DNA of 34,329 nucleotides from Candidatus Micrarchaeota archaeon. Lineage in GTDB: Archaea; Micrarchaeota; Micrarchaeia; Anstonellales; Anstonellaceae. Numbering within the stretch: position 1 is the stretch's first letter; each line of letters starts with the position of its first letter. Below, in pieces: positions 26,321-34,329 of the stretch. The notes under the pieces were generated by a model. It was given only the letters and a program-made list of their open reading frames with translations. It did not search any database and was not told the origin of the DNA. The stretch spans positions 1 to 34,329 of the forward strand of contig JBDRNY010000022.1 in the NCBI GenBank assembly GCA_043810635.1, read 5' to 3'. The translations under genes were made by a program, and so were the position numbers.

Positions 26321-27940
26321 CTACACTTTTTCCTTCTGCCTCTTTAAGCATTCTTTTACAAAACCTGCAAAAAGAGGGGCGGGCTCTTCCAGCCTGCTTT
26401 TAAATTCAGGGTGAGCCTGCGTTGCAACGCCCCATCCCTCAGGCCATTCCACCATTTCAACGATTTTTTTGTCAGGCGAAGTTCCTGAAATTATCAAGCC
26501 CGCCTCTTCCAATGTTGGCACAAAATTATTATTTACTTCAAGGCGGTGGCGGTGCCTTTCAGATATTTTTTCCTTTCCATATGCATTAAATGCTTTGGTT
26601 CCTTTTTTCAAAACACAATCCCATGCGCCAAGGCGCATTGTCGCCCCTTTCTGCCTTAAACCCACCTGCTCAGGCAGCAAATCGATTACAGGGTAGGAAG
26701 TGTTTTTGTTTATTTCAGTTGAATGCGCATTTTCCAATTTTGCAACATTTCTTGCAAATTCCACAACACACAATTGCAACCCAAAGCATAAGCCGAGGAA
26801 AGGAATATTGTTTGCCCTTGCATATTTTATTGCCTCAATTTTTCCTTCAACCCCCCTGCTTCCAAACCCTCCGGGCACTATTATACCGTCATATTTTTTC
26901 AGCAATTGCGAAGCTTTTACCTCTTCCTTCTCGATTTTCTCTGTATCTACAAATTCTATTTTTGCGCGGGTGTTGTTTGCTGCCGCCGCATGCACAATAG
27001 CTTCCTCAACGCTTACATAAGAATCCCTTACAGCAGTGTATTTTCCTGTTATTGCGACGCAAATTTCATTTTTCGGGCTTTTTATTTTTGATACTAGATT
27101 TGTCCATCCCTTCAAATCTTTTTCTTTTAATTTCAATTCAAAATGTGCAAGCATTCTTTCAGAAAAATTCTGCTTTTCCAATATTAGGGGCAATTCATAT
27201 ATTGTGGAAAGCACAGGGTCGTCAAACACATCTTCGGGAGATACATTGCAAAACATAGATATTTTTTCCCTTCCCTCCTTATTCAGCTTCTCATCCCCCC
27301 TGCAAACTATCATATCTGGGTTTATGCCCAGGCTTTTTATCAGCCTGTTTGCATGCTGTGTCGGCTTTGTTTTGGGCTCGCCTTCTGACAATGAAGGCAC
27401 ATATGTAAGCTGGATAAACAAAACATTTCCTTTTTCCTCCCCTCCCAATTGCCTCATTGCCTCAATAAAATAATTATTTTCCAAATCTCCCACAGTGCCG
27501 CCCACTTCCACCAATACAAAGTCGGAATTTGAATCTTCCCCCACTTTTTTTATCCAGGCTTTTATTTCATCTGTTAAATGGGGTACTATTTGCACATCTC
27601 TTCCCAAATATCCGCCAGCCCTTTCTTTTTCAATTATTTTTTTGAATAATTTTCCTCCGGTGAGTGAATTCTGGCCCGTCAACCCTATATTAAGAAATCT
27701 TTCATAAGTGCCAAAATCCATGTCGCATTCTGTGCCGTCATCCAATACAAACACTTCCCCGTGCCTGAAAGGGTTCATGGTGCCGCAATCTACATTTAAA
27801 TAGCCGTCAAATTTTATCGGGGAAACAGAAAATCCGTGGGATTGCAATAACCTTCCAACAGAAGCAGAGAGAATGCCCTTGCCCAAGCCGGACATAAGAG
27901 AGCCAAGGATTACAATATACCTTCTCTTTTTTTCAGGCAT
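26321..27940 (-). CDS. pyrG: CTP synthase
   Basis: SGLGKG, DGYLNVDCGTMNPFRHGEVFV, KTKPTQH, PGGFG, GLCFG, ERHRHR, QAHPEF. Confidence 0.97.
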   Translation of the reverse strand: MPEKKRRYIVILGSLMSGLGKGILSASVGRLLQSHGFSVSPIKFDGYLNVDCGTMNPFRHGEVFVLDDGTECDMDFGTYERFLNIGLTGQNSLTGGKLFKKIIEKERAGGYLGRDVQIVPHLTDEIKAWIKKVGEDSNSDFVLVEVGGTVGDLENNYFIEAMRQLGGEEKGNVLFIQLTYVPSLSEGEPKTKPTQHANRLIKSLGINPDMIVCRGDEKLNKEGREKISMFCNVSPEDVFDDPVLSTIYELPLILEKQNFSERMLAHFELKLKEKDLKGWTNLVSKIKSPKNEICVAITGKYTAVRDSYVSVEEAIVHAAAANNTRAKIEFVDTEKIEKEEVKASQLLKKYDGIIVPGGFGSRGVEGKIEAIKYARANNIPFLGLCFGLQLCVVEFARNVAKLENAHSTEINKNTSYPVIDLLPEQVGLRQKGATMRLGAWDCVLKKGTKAFNAYGKEKISERHRHRLEVNNNFVPTLEEAGLIISGTSPDKKIVEMVEWPEGWGVATQAHPEFKSRLEEPAPLFAGFVKECLKRQKEKV

Positions 27941-28025
27941 ATACCTGTATGCAGTTCAATGTTTAAATAGCTTAATTTTTACCCCGGAAAAACCCGCCGC
28001 CAGCATGCGTTTGTTTTTAACCTTT

Positions 28026-28041
28026 TGTGATAAATATAACA
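28026..28041. promoter_or_regulatory. Degenerate TGTAA-N6-TTACA box upstream of the second HTH-ACT gene
   Basis: TGTGATAAATATAACA, 13/16 identical to 14054-14069 and in the same position between TATA and ATG. Confidence 0.55.
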
Positions 28042-28043
28042 AT

Positions 28044-28703
28044 ATGCCCACTGTAGCGCATTTAGTGCAGAAATATGTGAGAAGCCACCCCCATCTTGAG
28101 GAATTTATAGAAAGGGATTTGATATCATTCCATCGCCTTGCAAGGTATTTGAGAAAATATATTGAAGCGGAATTAGGAAAAGAAGTTGAGGAGGGGTCTG
28201 TTGTAATGGCATTAAGCAGGATGCGGGAAAAAATGGCTGATAAGAGGGAAGAGGGGATGAAAAATCCGGGAATGGAAAAATTGCAATTATCCCTCCGCTC
28301 GGGAGTGATGCAAATAGATTTGCAAAAAAGCGGGAAAATCCAGCAAAAACTGCAAAAAATACAGCAAATTGCTTCAGGAGGGCCTGAAGAAATATTGAGC
28401 ATTACCCAAAGCATGTATGAAATTACAATAATTTCCTCTGAAAAATATGAAAAAAAATTCTTGGAATTGCTGAAAGGGGAGAAAATACTTAATATGGAAA
28501 AAGGGCTTTCTTTGCTTGTATTGAGGTTTGGAAAAGATATATTGTACCAGCCCGGTTTTTTTGACAGGGTGCTGAGGGAGCTTGCATGGGAAAATGTCAA
28601 TATATTTGAAATAATTTCCACTTTAACAGAATTGATAATTGTATTAAAAGAAGAAGAGGCTGGAAAAGCTTATGATGTGCTGAGGAAAAGGATGAAGAAG
28701 TAG
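28044..28703 (+). CDS. Putative regulator, HTH-like plus ACT domain (paralog of 14071-14664)
   Basis: Start moved to MPTVAHLV; LARYL...VVMALSR; QPGFFDRVLRELAWENVNIFEIIS ACT motif; divergent from pyrG. Confidence 0.78.
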   Translation: MPTVAHLVQKYVRSHPHLEEFIERDLISFHRLARYLRKYIEAELGKEVEEGSVVMALSRMREKMADKREEGMKNPGMEKLQLSLRSGVMQIDLQKSGKIQQKLQKIQQIASGGPEEILSITQSMYEITIISSEKYEKKFLELLKGEKILNMEKGLSLLVLRFGKDILYQPGFFDRVLRELAWENVNIFEIISTLTELIIVLKEEEAGKAYDVLRKRMKK

Positions 28704-28706
28704 GGA

Positions 28707-31553
28707 TTATGCAAGCATCTTGCTCTTCTGCCTGATAATAGTGTTTGTAAGTGGGTGCTTTGCCTGGCTTATTCTGCAATAATGCCTAAATAAAGTGTAA
28801 AATTCCCTGCTTTCATTTATTTGCTTGCAATATTTGGCAAGCTCTTCTTTTGGCAGGGGGCCCTTCTTTGCCATGTCATCAAACATCGGCTTGAATCCTT
28901 TTGGTGCATTTTCATACCATTTTCCGTTGACGTCTACTATGTTCCCCCTGCTTGGAGTGACACAGGTATAAAGCATTGCAAGAAGAAGCTTTAGGTCCTC
29001 TTCTTCCCTTTCCTTGCTTTTTCCTGCGCCTTTTATCTCGCTCTCAAGGTGGGAACGCACATGAAGCCTTTCAATTATTTTATCAAAAAGCCTGGCAAAA
29101 TCATAGTTTGAGCCAAATCCACCGATAAGCTCCCTGAGTCTTTCCTTAGGTATTTGAGGGCCATAAGCTCCATCTGCAAGAGTTTGGCAGGAATAATCGA
29201 CCTCCTGCGGAGGAGTATAATCCTTGGAATCAAAAGAACAGAGTAATTCAAGATTCTTGCCCTTAAATTCTACAGACACTTTCCCTGACGGCTTTTCACT
29301 GTTATGAACAAATGCTGGATGTTCAACAATGCTAAAACTTACATACTCCTTGCTATGAGTAAAGCCTATCTCTGCATGCATAGGGTTTTCCATCTGATCT
29401 AGAATGTCAGTTTCCATATGTTTAAATGGAATGAAATCTGGGGGAAAGAGGAGTGATGTCAGCTTTTTCTTCCCTTTCGGTGCATCAGTTGAATACAAAG
29501 ATTCAAGTCTCTCAAGCACTGCAAGATTTAGACGGTTTAAATCTTTCACCCCAAGGTGAACATCATCAAGCAAACACATAAGCTCGTCTGTAGGTATCTC
29601 CCTGAAAAACATCTCAGGCATCTCCTTAGTTCCAGCACCAAGGCTCTTTTTAGAAAGAAACGAGGTTATTGCACTGAGAATTCCTTTAGCAGGCGGAACT
29701 GGAAATGTTGTAGATTCAAACACAGATTTCAATTCATCAAGTTCTCTATTCATTCTTTTTAACTGCGCCCTAAATGCATCGTTTTCACTACTTGAGTGGG
29801 GGTTCTTCCCCTTAGAACTTCTTATAAACTCCTGGATTTCTTTTTGCTTTTTTTCAATCTTCTGCTTTTGCGGAAGGGATTCATTAAGCATTGTAATTGC
29901 CATAAGCCCAAGAAGTTCTGGGGTAAAAATCTGACCAACGCCGTTGTATTCAAACCATTGTCCAAACTTATAGTTTACATGTGACTCTGTCTGGGAATAT
30001 AAAAATTTCACAAGCCTTGCATGTATTGGCGCTACGGCTGCAAGCTTTTGAACAGAAGACATGAGTTTTTCCCACACTATTTTTCTTTTTTGCTTGTAAG
30101 GGTCCTCTTCTTTGTCCAAAGCAAGGCGGCAAACAAATTCATCAATTTTTCCCTGTCGTTTACTGGCAGCAGAAATATATGCATCTGTTTTTTTCCTGAA
30201 TCCGTAGCAGTAATCTGTATTGTATTTTAGATCATATTCAGAGAGAATGTTTTCAAAATCATCAAGAAGATTTTTTTCTGTAATGACATCTGTCCATGCC
30301 ACATACTGTGTATAAGAAATAAGCATCCTTCGCGCATCTGCTGAACACTCTGCAAGGCTTTTGCCGTTTTCCAAGGGAAGGTCTGGACGCCTCAGATAAT
30401 GAAGGCCTGTTTTTATTTGCAAAAGCAACTCCTGCTGAAGAAAAAGAAATTGGTTGAGCTTCAGAAGGGACCATCCGCTTTCATAATCATTAAGATATGA
30501 TTGAAGCGAAGAGCACTTCAGTTCATATTCATCAGAAAGATTCCTCAGATTTTCAAGCCATTTGCCTCCGTCTGAAGGGGAATAGCCAAAATCCTCAAGT
30601 GACTTAAATGCTGCATTAATAAAATGCCGCCTTACAGATGAAACTGAACCTTCCTGCCCAAGAAGGATTATGAAATAGTTTTTCACAAAATTTTGGATCT
30701 TTGCACTTGGCTCTCTGTCGGAATACAAATTTTCTATTAAACGAAGATCAAATTCTGCAACATTAATAGGCCATGGCACTATTTCCATATCCATCCAACC
30801 AGTAGTGTCAAGTGAGCGATAACTTCTGGCATCCAGGAAAATCTTATGAAACTCCCTAAAACATCCCTCGATTATTGGAAGCTGCGGCTTTATCGTCTCA
30901 TACAAAGTTTGATAATCAATATGATTTCCAAGCTCAGCTTTGTCAGAATCATAAAAAGAACTTATTTTCCCGCCCATAGCAAGCCATTCAAGGTTTGCAA
31001 TCAAATCAAAGAAAGTGTTTTCTGTGCGTACTTGCTCTGAAAGAATTTGCGCAAGTGAGCGTAGCATTGAGCAGGTTTTGCTTGTGGCAACATCAGAATG
31101 GTATAGAGTGTTTATAGCATCAAAATCTGGAATAGAATACTCAAAGCGATAGCTTGGAATTTCGTCCAAAAAAATATGTGATTTAAATTCTGAATCAATG
31201 TCAGATAAACCTTGTGCGCTTGGCATAGAGTAATCTATCTCATCTTTTGGAATATACTCAAAATCAATTCCAATATCGCGCTTATATTTCGCCCATATTG
31301 ACTCCTCTGTTTTTCGGCTGTAGATTATATGTGGAGCAGGGCCGGAATTATCTATAGTACAACGTATAATATCGCTAGCCTTAGTAAGCGGCCGGTGGAT
31401 GGTAACATCAACACCCTCGCTGGCAATCTTGACAAAACCTGTTTTAAGCTCAGTTTTTATATAGCCAGATTTTTTGCCTTCTAATGCATAATGCAAAGAG
31501 AGCAACCTTGATGCACCAAGGTCTGCAGAATCATATATGCCAGTATCAACCAT
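28707..31553 (-). CDS. Large hypothetical protein (948 aa)
   Basis: Long uninterrupted ORF, mostly helical with a coiled coil near aa 560-610; no motif recognised. Confidence 0.75.
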   Translation of the reverse strand: MVDTGIYDSADLGASRLLSLHYALEGKKSGYIKTELKTGFVKIASEGVDVTIHRPLTKASDIIRCTIDNSGPAPHIIYSRKTEESIWAKYKRDIGIDFEYIPKDEIDYSMPSAQGLSDIDSEFKSHIFLDEIPSYRFEYSIPDFDAINTLYHSDVATSKTCSMLRSLAQILSEQVRTENTFFDLIANLEWLAMGGKISSFYDSDKAELGNHIDYQTLYETIKPQLPIIEGCFREFHKIFLDARSYRSLDTTGWMDMEIVPWPINVAEFDLRLIENLYSDREPSAKIQNFVKNYFIILLGQEGSVSSVRRHFINAAFKSLEDFGYSPSDGGKWLENLRNLSDEYELKCSSLQSYLNDYESGWSLLKLNQFLFLQQELLLQIKTGLHYLRRPDLPLENGKSLAECSADARRMLISYTQYVAWTDVITEKNLLDDFENILSEYDLKYNTDYCYGFRKKTDAYISAASKRQGKIDEFVCRLALDKEEDPYKQKRKIVWEKLMSSVQKLAAVAPIHARLVKFLYSQTESHVNYKFGQWFEYNGVGQIFTPELLGLMAITMLNESLPQKQKIEKKQKEIQEFIRSSKGKNPHSSSENDAFRAQLKRMNRELDELKSVFESTTFPVPPAKGILSAITSFLSKKSLGAGTKEMPEMFFREIPTDELMCLLDDVHLGVKDLNRLNLAVLERLESLYSTDAPKGKKKLTSLLFPPDFIPFKHMETDILDQMENPMHAEIGFTHSKEYVSFSIVEHPAFVHNSEKPSGKVSVEFKGKNLELLCSFDSKDYTPPQEVDYSCQTLADGAYGPQIPKERLRELIGGFGSNYDFARLFDKIIERLHVRSHLESEIKGAGKSKEREEEDLKLLLAMLYTCVTPSRGNIVDVNGKWYENAPKGFKPMFDDMAKKGPLPKEELAKYCKQINESREFYTLFRHYCRISQAKHPLTNTIIRQKSKMLA

Positions 31554-31652
31554 ATAATTTAATTATAAATAACATAATATATAAACATAGTTGCCCTTCT
31601 TTTGCATATAATAATGCTTAAAAATAACACGGCTAAAAGAGTTTTGGTGTTT

Positions 31653-32120
31653 ATGTCTCTTCCTGAAAGCAATCTCATACGCCAAGAGCATATAGTAAGG
31701 GATATGCAATTGCTTGGCGAGGTGAAATTAACCCGCAGGGGCTTGATAAGATATTTGGCGCTTTCTTTGGGTTTAATTTCTCCAAATGAAACAAGAACGC
31801 TGATGCTAGATATATTGGAAGGGCTGTTGAAAGCCCATTTTGAAGGGGAAGAGCCTGACATTCACAAAATAATGAAATTAATTAATGAAGTAAGGGGAAA
31901 AGACAAGCCTGCGGGAATAAAGGCTGTTAGATATCACTTGCACCAATTAAAAGAAAAAGGAATTTTAACCCGCAAAGCAGGGAAGTATAAATTTTCTCTT
32001 TCCCCAATGGCTGAAAATAATGATTTGGGGGAGGCGCTTGAATATTTGTATTTGACAAATACTAAGAATGCATTTGAAAAAGTGAAAAAAGCGGCCAACA
32101 CTCTGAAGACAATGTACTGA
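31653..32120 (+). CDS. Winged-helix DNA-binding protein
   Basis: AVRYHLHQLKEKGILTRKAGKY; start moved to MSLPES (SD GGTG). Confidence 0.7.
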   Translation: MSLPESNLIRQEHIVRDMQLLGEVKLTRRGLIRYLALSLGLISPNETRTLMLDILEGLLKAHFEGEEPDIHKIMKLINEVRGKDKPAGIKAVRYHLHQLKEKGILTRKAGKYKFSLSPMAENNDLGEALEYLYLTNTKNAFEKVKKAANTLKTMY

Positions 32121-32137
32121 ATACAGACTGAATTTTT

Positions 32138-33004
32138 ATGGCATGTTTGAAGAAAAACTTAGTCGGCTCGATTTTATATTCCACAAAAAATTTAGCCTCG
32201 CAAAATATTATTTCTCATTTGGAAAAAGAGTGGAATTGGAAAAAAGAGAGTGAGAAATTATTTTCTTTTTCTGCATGCGGAAAGGAAAAATGCTGCACCG
32301 GGCTGAATGCTTATGGGTTTGATGCGGGCATTTTAGATATTGAACCAGAAGAAGGAATGGATGCAGATTATTTTTTGTATGCAAGCTCTCACAAATCAGA
32401 AGCAGGCACAAAATCCCTTACTGTGCATTTCCCCGGCAATTGGGGGAACGCTGATTTGGGAGGGGAAAACAATACACTGAATATTGCTTATGCATGCAAA
32501 TTAAAGCAAATATTGAAATTTTTAAAAGAAGGCACTGAAAAAGAGGAATTAGGATGGGAAGTTAGCATGGAAGTGGATCACCACGGACCGACTCCCGAGG
32601 ATGGAAAAAAGGTATTGGTTTTTGTGGAGATAGGGAGTAAAGAAGAGGAATGGAAAAATGAAATTGCTGGAAAAATTGTTGCTAATGCAATGATGAAATC
32701 TCTTGTAAGAAAGTGTGAAGAATTTCCCGCATATATTGGAATTGGAGGGGGGCATTATGCACCCAAATTTTCGCAATATGTAACAGGGGAAAAGCTGTTG
32801 GATGGAAAGGAAATTGCCATAGGGCATATTTTGCCAAAATACCATGCTGATGAAATTAGCGGGGAGATGTTGAAGCAAGCGGTTGAAAAAAATGTTGAGA
32901 AAATAGTGGGGGTATTGGTTGATTGGAAAGGGCTGAATAAAGAGCAGAAGGAAAAAATTATTCCTTTATTGGAAAAAAATAATGTGAAATGGGAAAGGGC
33001 TTAA
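32138..33004 (+). CDS. dtdA: Archaeal D-aminoacyl-tRNA deacylase
   Basis: SSHKSE, LTVHFPGNW, EVDHHGPT, FVEIGS, GIGGGHYAP, GHILPKY. Confidence 0.93.
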   Translation: MACLKKNLVGSILYSTKNLASQNIISHLEKEWNWKKESEKLFSFSACGKEKCCTGLNAYGFDAGILDIEPEEGMDADYFLYASSHKSEAGTKSLTVHFPGNWGNADLGGENNTLNIAYACKLKQILKFLKEGTEKEELGWEVSMEVDHHGPTPEDGKKVLVFVEIGSKEEEWKNEIAGKIVANAMMKSLVRKCEEFPAYIGIGGGHYAPKFSQYVTGEKLLDGKEIAIGHILPKYHADEISGEMLKQAVEKNVEKIVGVLVDWKGLNKEQKEKIIPLLEKNNVKWERA

Positions 33005-33805
33005 TTACATCCCGAGAAAATCAATTGCCAGCTTTAATGCAAATATCACAAGCAAAATTGGAAACAATTTTTGTATAAAATCGCTTTTTATTTTGCCTTT
33101 GGCAAAAAGGGTTGAACCTGCAAACGAGCCAATAAATGCCACAATTCCCAATGCAAGCAGAAATTGCATATTGGGCATTTTGTATGCAATATGGTTTGCA
33201 AAGCTGAAAAGAGAGCCGAGAAATGTGGCAACTATTGAAAGCACTGCGGCGCGTTTTGCGCTGCATCCTGCCAATATAAGGGAGGGAACAATGAACACTC
33301 CCCCGCCAATTCCAAGGATTCCGTTTGCAAGCCCTGCAATTATGCCCACAATTCCGCGCGTAAGGGATGCGCTTGAAAGCTTTGCATCCTTGTCAACAAA
33401 AGGCACCTGGTCATCTTCTGAAATTGAAAAAACAGATTGCACTGCATCCTTTCGCACCATAAGAAATGCTGATGCAAAAAGAGCAAGGGAAAAAAGCCCT
33501 ATTAAAACAGATGGCTCAAGGGTGTGGGAAAGCCATACTCCCACGGGTATTGAAATAAGCATTCCGAAAAATATATTCCCCGCCTGCGAAGCATGGCATT
33601 GCTGCAATATTCCGGATTTGAAAAAAATAAGAGTAGCCAATCCGGTGGATATTATGTTGATAAAAAGCCCTGCAACTATTGCATCATTAATTCCAATTCC
33701 AAGCTGCAAAAATATTGGAACAAATATTGATGCCCCGCCTATTCCGAATATTACAAAAAATCCTGTAAGCAAAAGCACTATTGCCGCAGGAAGAAGAAAA
33801 TCCAT
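33005..33805 (-). CDS. TauE/SafE (TSUP) family membrane transporter
   Basis: Duplicated GIGGASIFVP / GIGGGVFIVP motif; about 8 TM. Confidence 0.88.
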   Translation of the reverse strand: MDFLLPAAIVLLLTGFFVIFGIGGASIFVPIFLQLGIGINDAIVAGLFINIISTGLATLIFFKSGILQQCHASQAGNIFFGMLISIPVGVWLSHTLEPSVLIGLFSLALFASAFLMVRKDAVQSVFSISEDDQVPFVDKDAKLSSASLTRGIVGIIAGLANGILGIGGGVFIVPSLILAGCSAKRAAVLSIVATFLGSLFSFANHIAYKMPNMQFLLALGIVAFIGSFAGSTLFAKGKIKSDFIQKLFPILLVIFALKLAIDFLGM

Positions 33806-33817
33806 AACATCAACATA

Positions 33818-34087
33818 TCAGCCGAATTTATACTTCTTTTTTATTGTTTTTTCAATTTTCCAGGTGCAATTCATGCCTTTTGGAAATATTACCAAATCCC
33901 CTGCTTCAAAAGAAACTTCCTTTCCGCCTTCTGGTTTTACAGTTGCATTTCCTTCCAATATATAGCATGTTTCTTTTTCATCATAGCTCCATTCAAATTC
34001 AGAAGGGCTTTTGCCCCAATCCCCCCAATTTTTGCTTTCTTCAATTTCCTGAGGAGTGGGCTTTCTTACAATTATATCCAATGCCAT
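33818..34087 (-). CDS. Cupin (DUF861/EutQ-like) protein
   Basis: WSYDEKETCYILEG...GDLVIFPKGMNCTW. Confidence 0.88.
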   Translation of the reverse strand: MALDIIVRKPTPQEIEESKNWGDWGKSPSEFEWSYDEKETCYILEGNATVKPEGGKEVSFEAGDLVIFPKGMNCTWKIEKTIKKKYKFG

Positions 34088-34188
34088 AAATAACACATCC
34101 AATATTGCATCACACACAATAATTTAAATTCCTCCGCCAAACCCGGAGGATGATTAATTGCCCCGCAGCATGGACAGATTGTTTATTT

Positions 34189-34329
34189 GTGACATCCTCC
34201 CCCGCATAAATGCGGGGGCTTCCACCCAAGCATGTTTAGCATACTTGATTTATAGTTCCCACTTCATTAAAATTGCTTGCCCCAAGCGCAACGTTTGGAG
34301 TAGAGACCCTTTTTAGGCAGGCTTTCACT
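34189..34329 (-). mobile_element. Right end of an IS200/IS605-family element (omega-RNA-like region), truncated by the window edge
   Basis: Minus strand ...GAAG CCCCCGCA-TTTA-TGCGGGGG AGGATGTCAC, homologous to 24831-24921. Confidence 0.85.
34236..34328 (-). CDS. tnpB: Probable C-terminal tail of TnpB (partial)
   Basis: Open frame VKACLKRVSTPNVALGASNFNEVGTINQVC* resembles the TnpB tail that overlaps the omega-RNA; the catalytic part lies outside the window. Confidence 0.45.
   Translation of the reverse strand: MKACLKRVSTPNVALGASNFNEVGTINQVC

Noticed and set aside
27873..28043. 57-aa N-terminal extension of the second ACT protein
   Set aside because: Overlaps the pyrG start and promoter region; paralog alignment begins at MPTVAH
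27956..28621. 221-aa minus-strand ORF (and similar antisense ORFs over hppA, argG, pyrG, cdc6)
   Set aside because: Shadows of well-supported genes on the opposite strand
33093..33965. 290-aa plus-strand ORF
   Set aside because: Antisense shadow of the TauE and cupin genes
34130..34150. Hairpin TCCTCCG-N7-CGGAGGA next to the cupin TATA box
   Set aside because: Single 7-bp stem; cannot distinguish operator, terminator or chance
1..34329. CRISPR array, rRNA or tRNA genes
   Set aside because: No regularly spaced direct repeats or structural-RNA signatures seen; intergenic regions are too short

Overview
AT-rich, gene-dense archaeal chromosome segment. The gene set (rpoE'/spt4, two Orc1/Cdc6, SepF, archaeal D-aminoacyl-tRNA deacylase, class III signal-peptide protein, HemK2, many orphan membrane/secreted ORFs) suggests a DPANN archaeon, probably Micrarchaeota; this is inference. 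Most of it is housekeeping: H+-pyrophosphatase, NAD kinase, tRNA-modification genes, argG/argH, pyrG, EndoIV. Four signals are not explained by the ORF track. (1) A 265-bp protein-less IS200/IS605 (IS608-like) element at 24657-24921 keeps both ends, a TATA promoter and a TnpB omega-RNA-like scaffold. It sits exactly on the stop codon of a pilin gene and regenerates it, and a related right end with a probable tnpB C-terminus lies at 34189-34329. (2) The interrupted operon looks like a CedA1/VirB2 pilin plus CedA/VirB6-like DNA-transfer module. (3) Two paralogous HTH-ACT proteins, divergent from argG and pyrG, share a TGTAA-N6-TTACA palindrome, suggesting an uncharacterised regulator/operator pair. 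(4) An unannotated 10-codon Lys-rich micro-gene (MAKKKKSKKK) has its own TATA box and a strong Shine-Dalgarno sequence. A ribosomal protein eS26-like gene and a 948-aa orphan are also notable. All calls come from reading motifs by eye; no searches were run.
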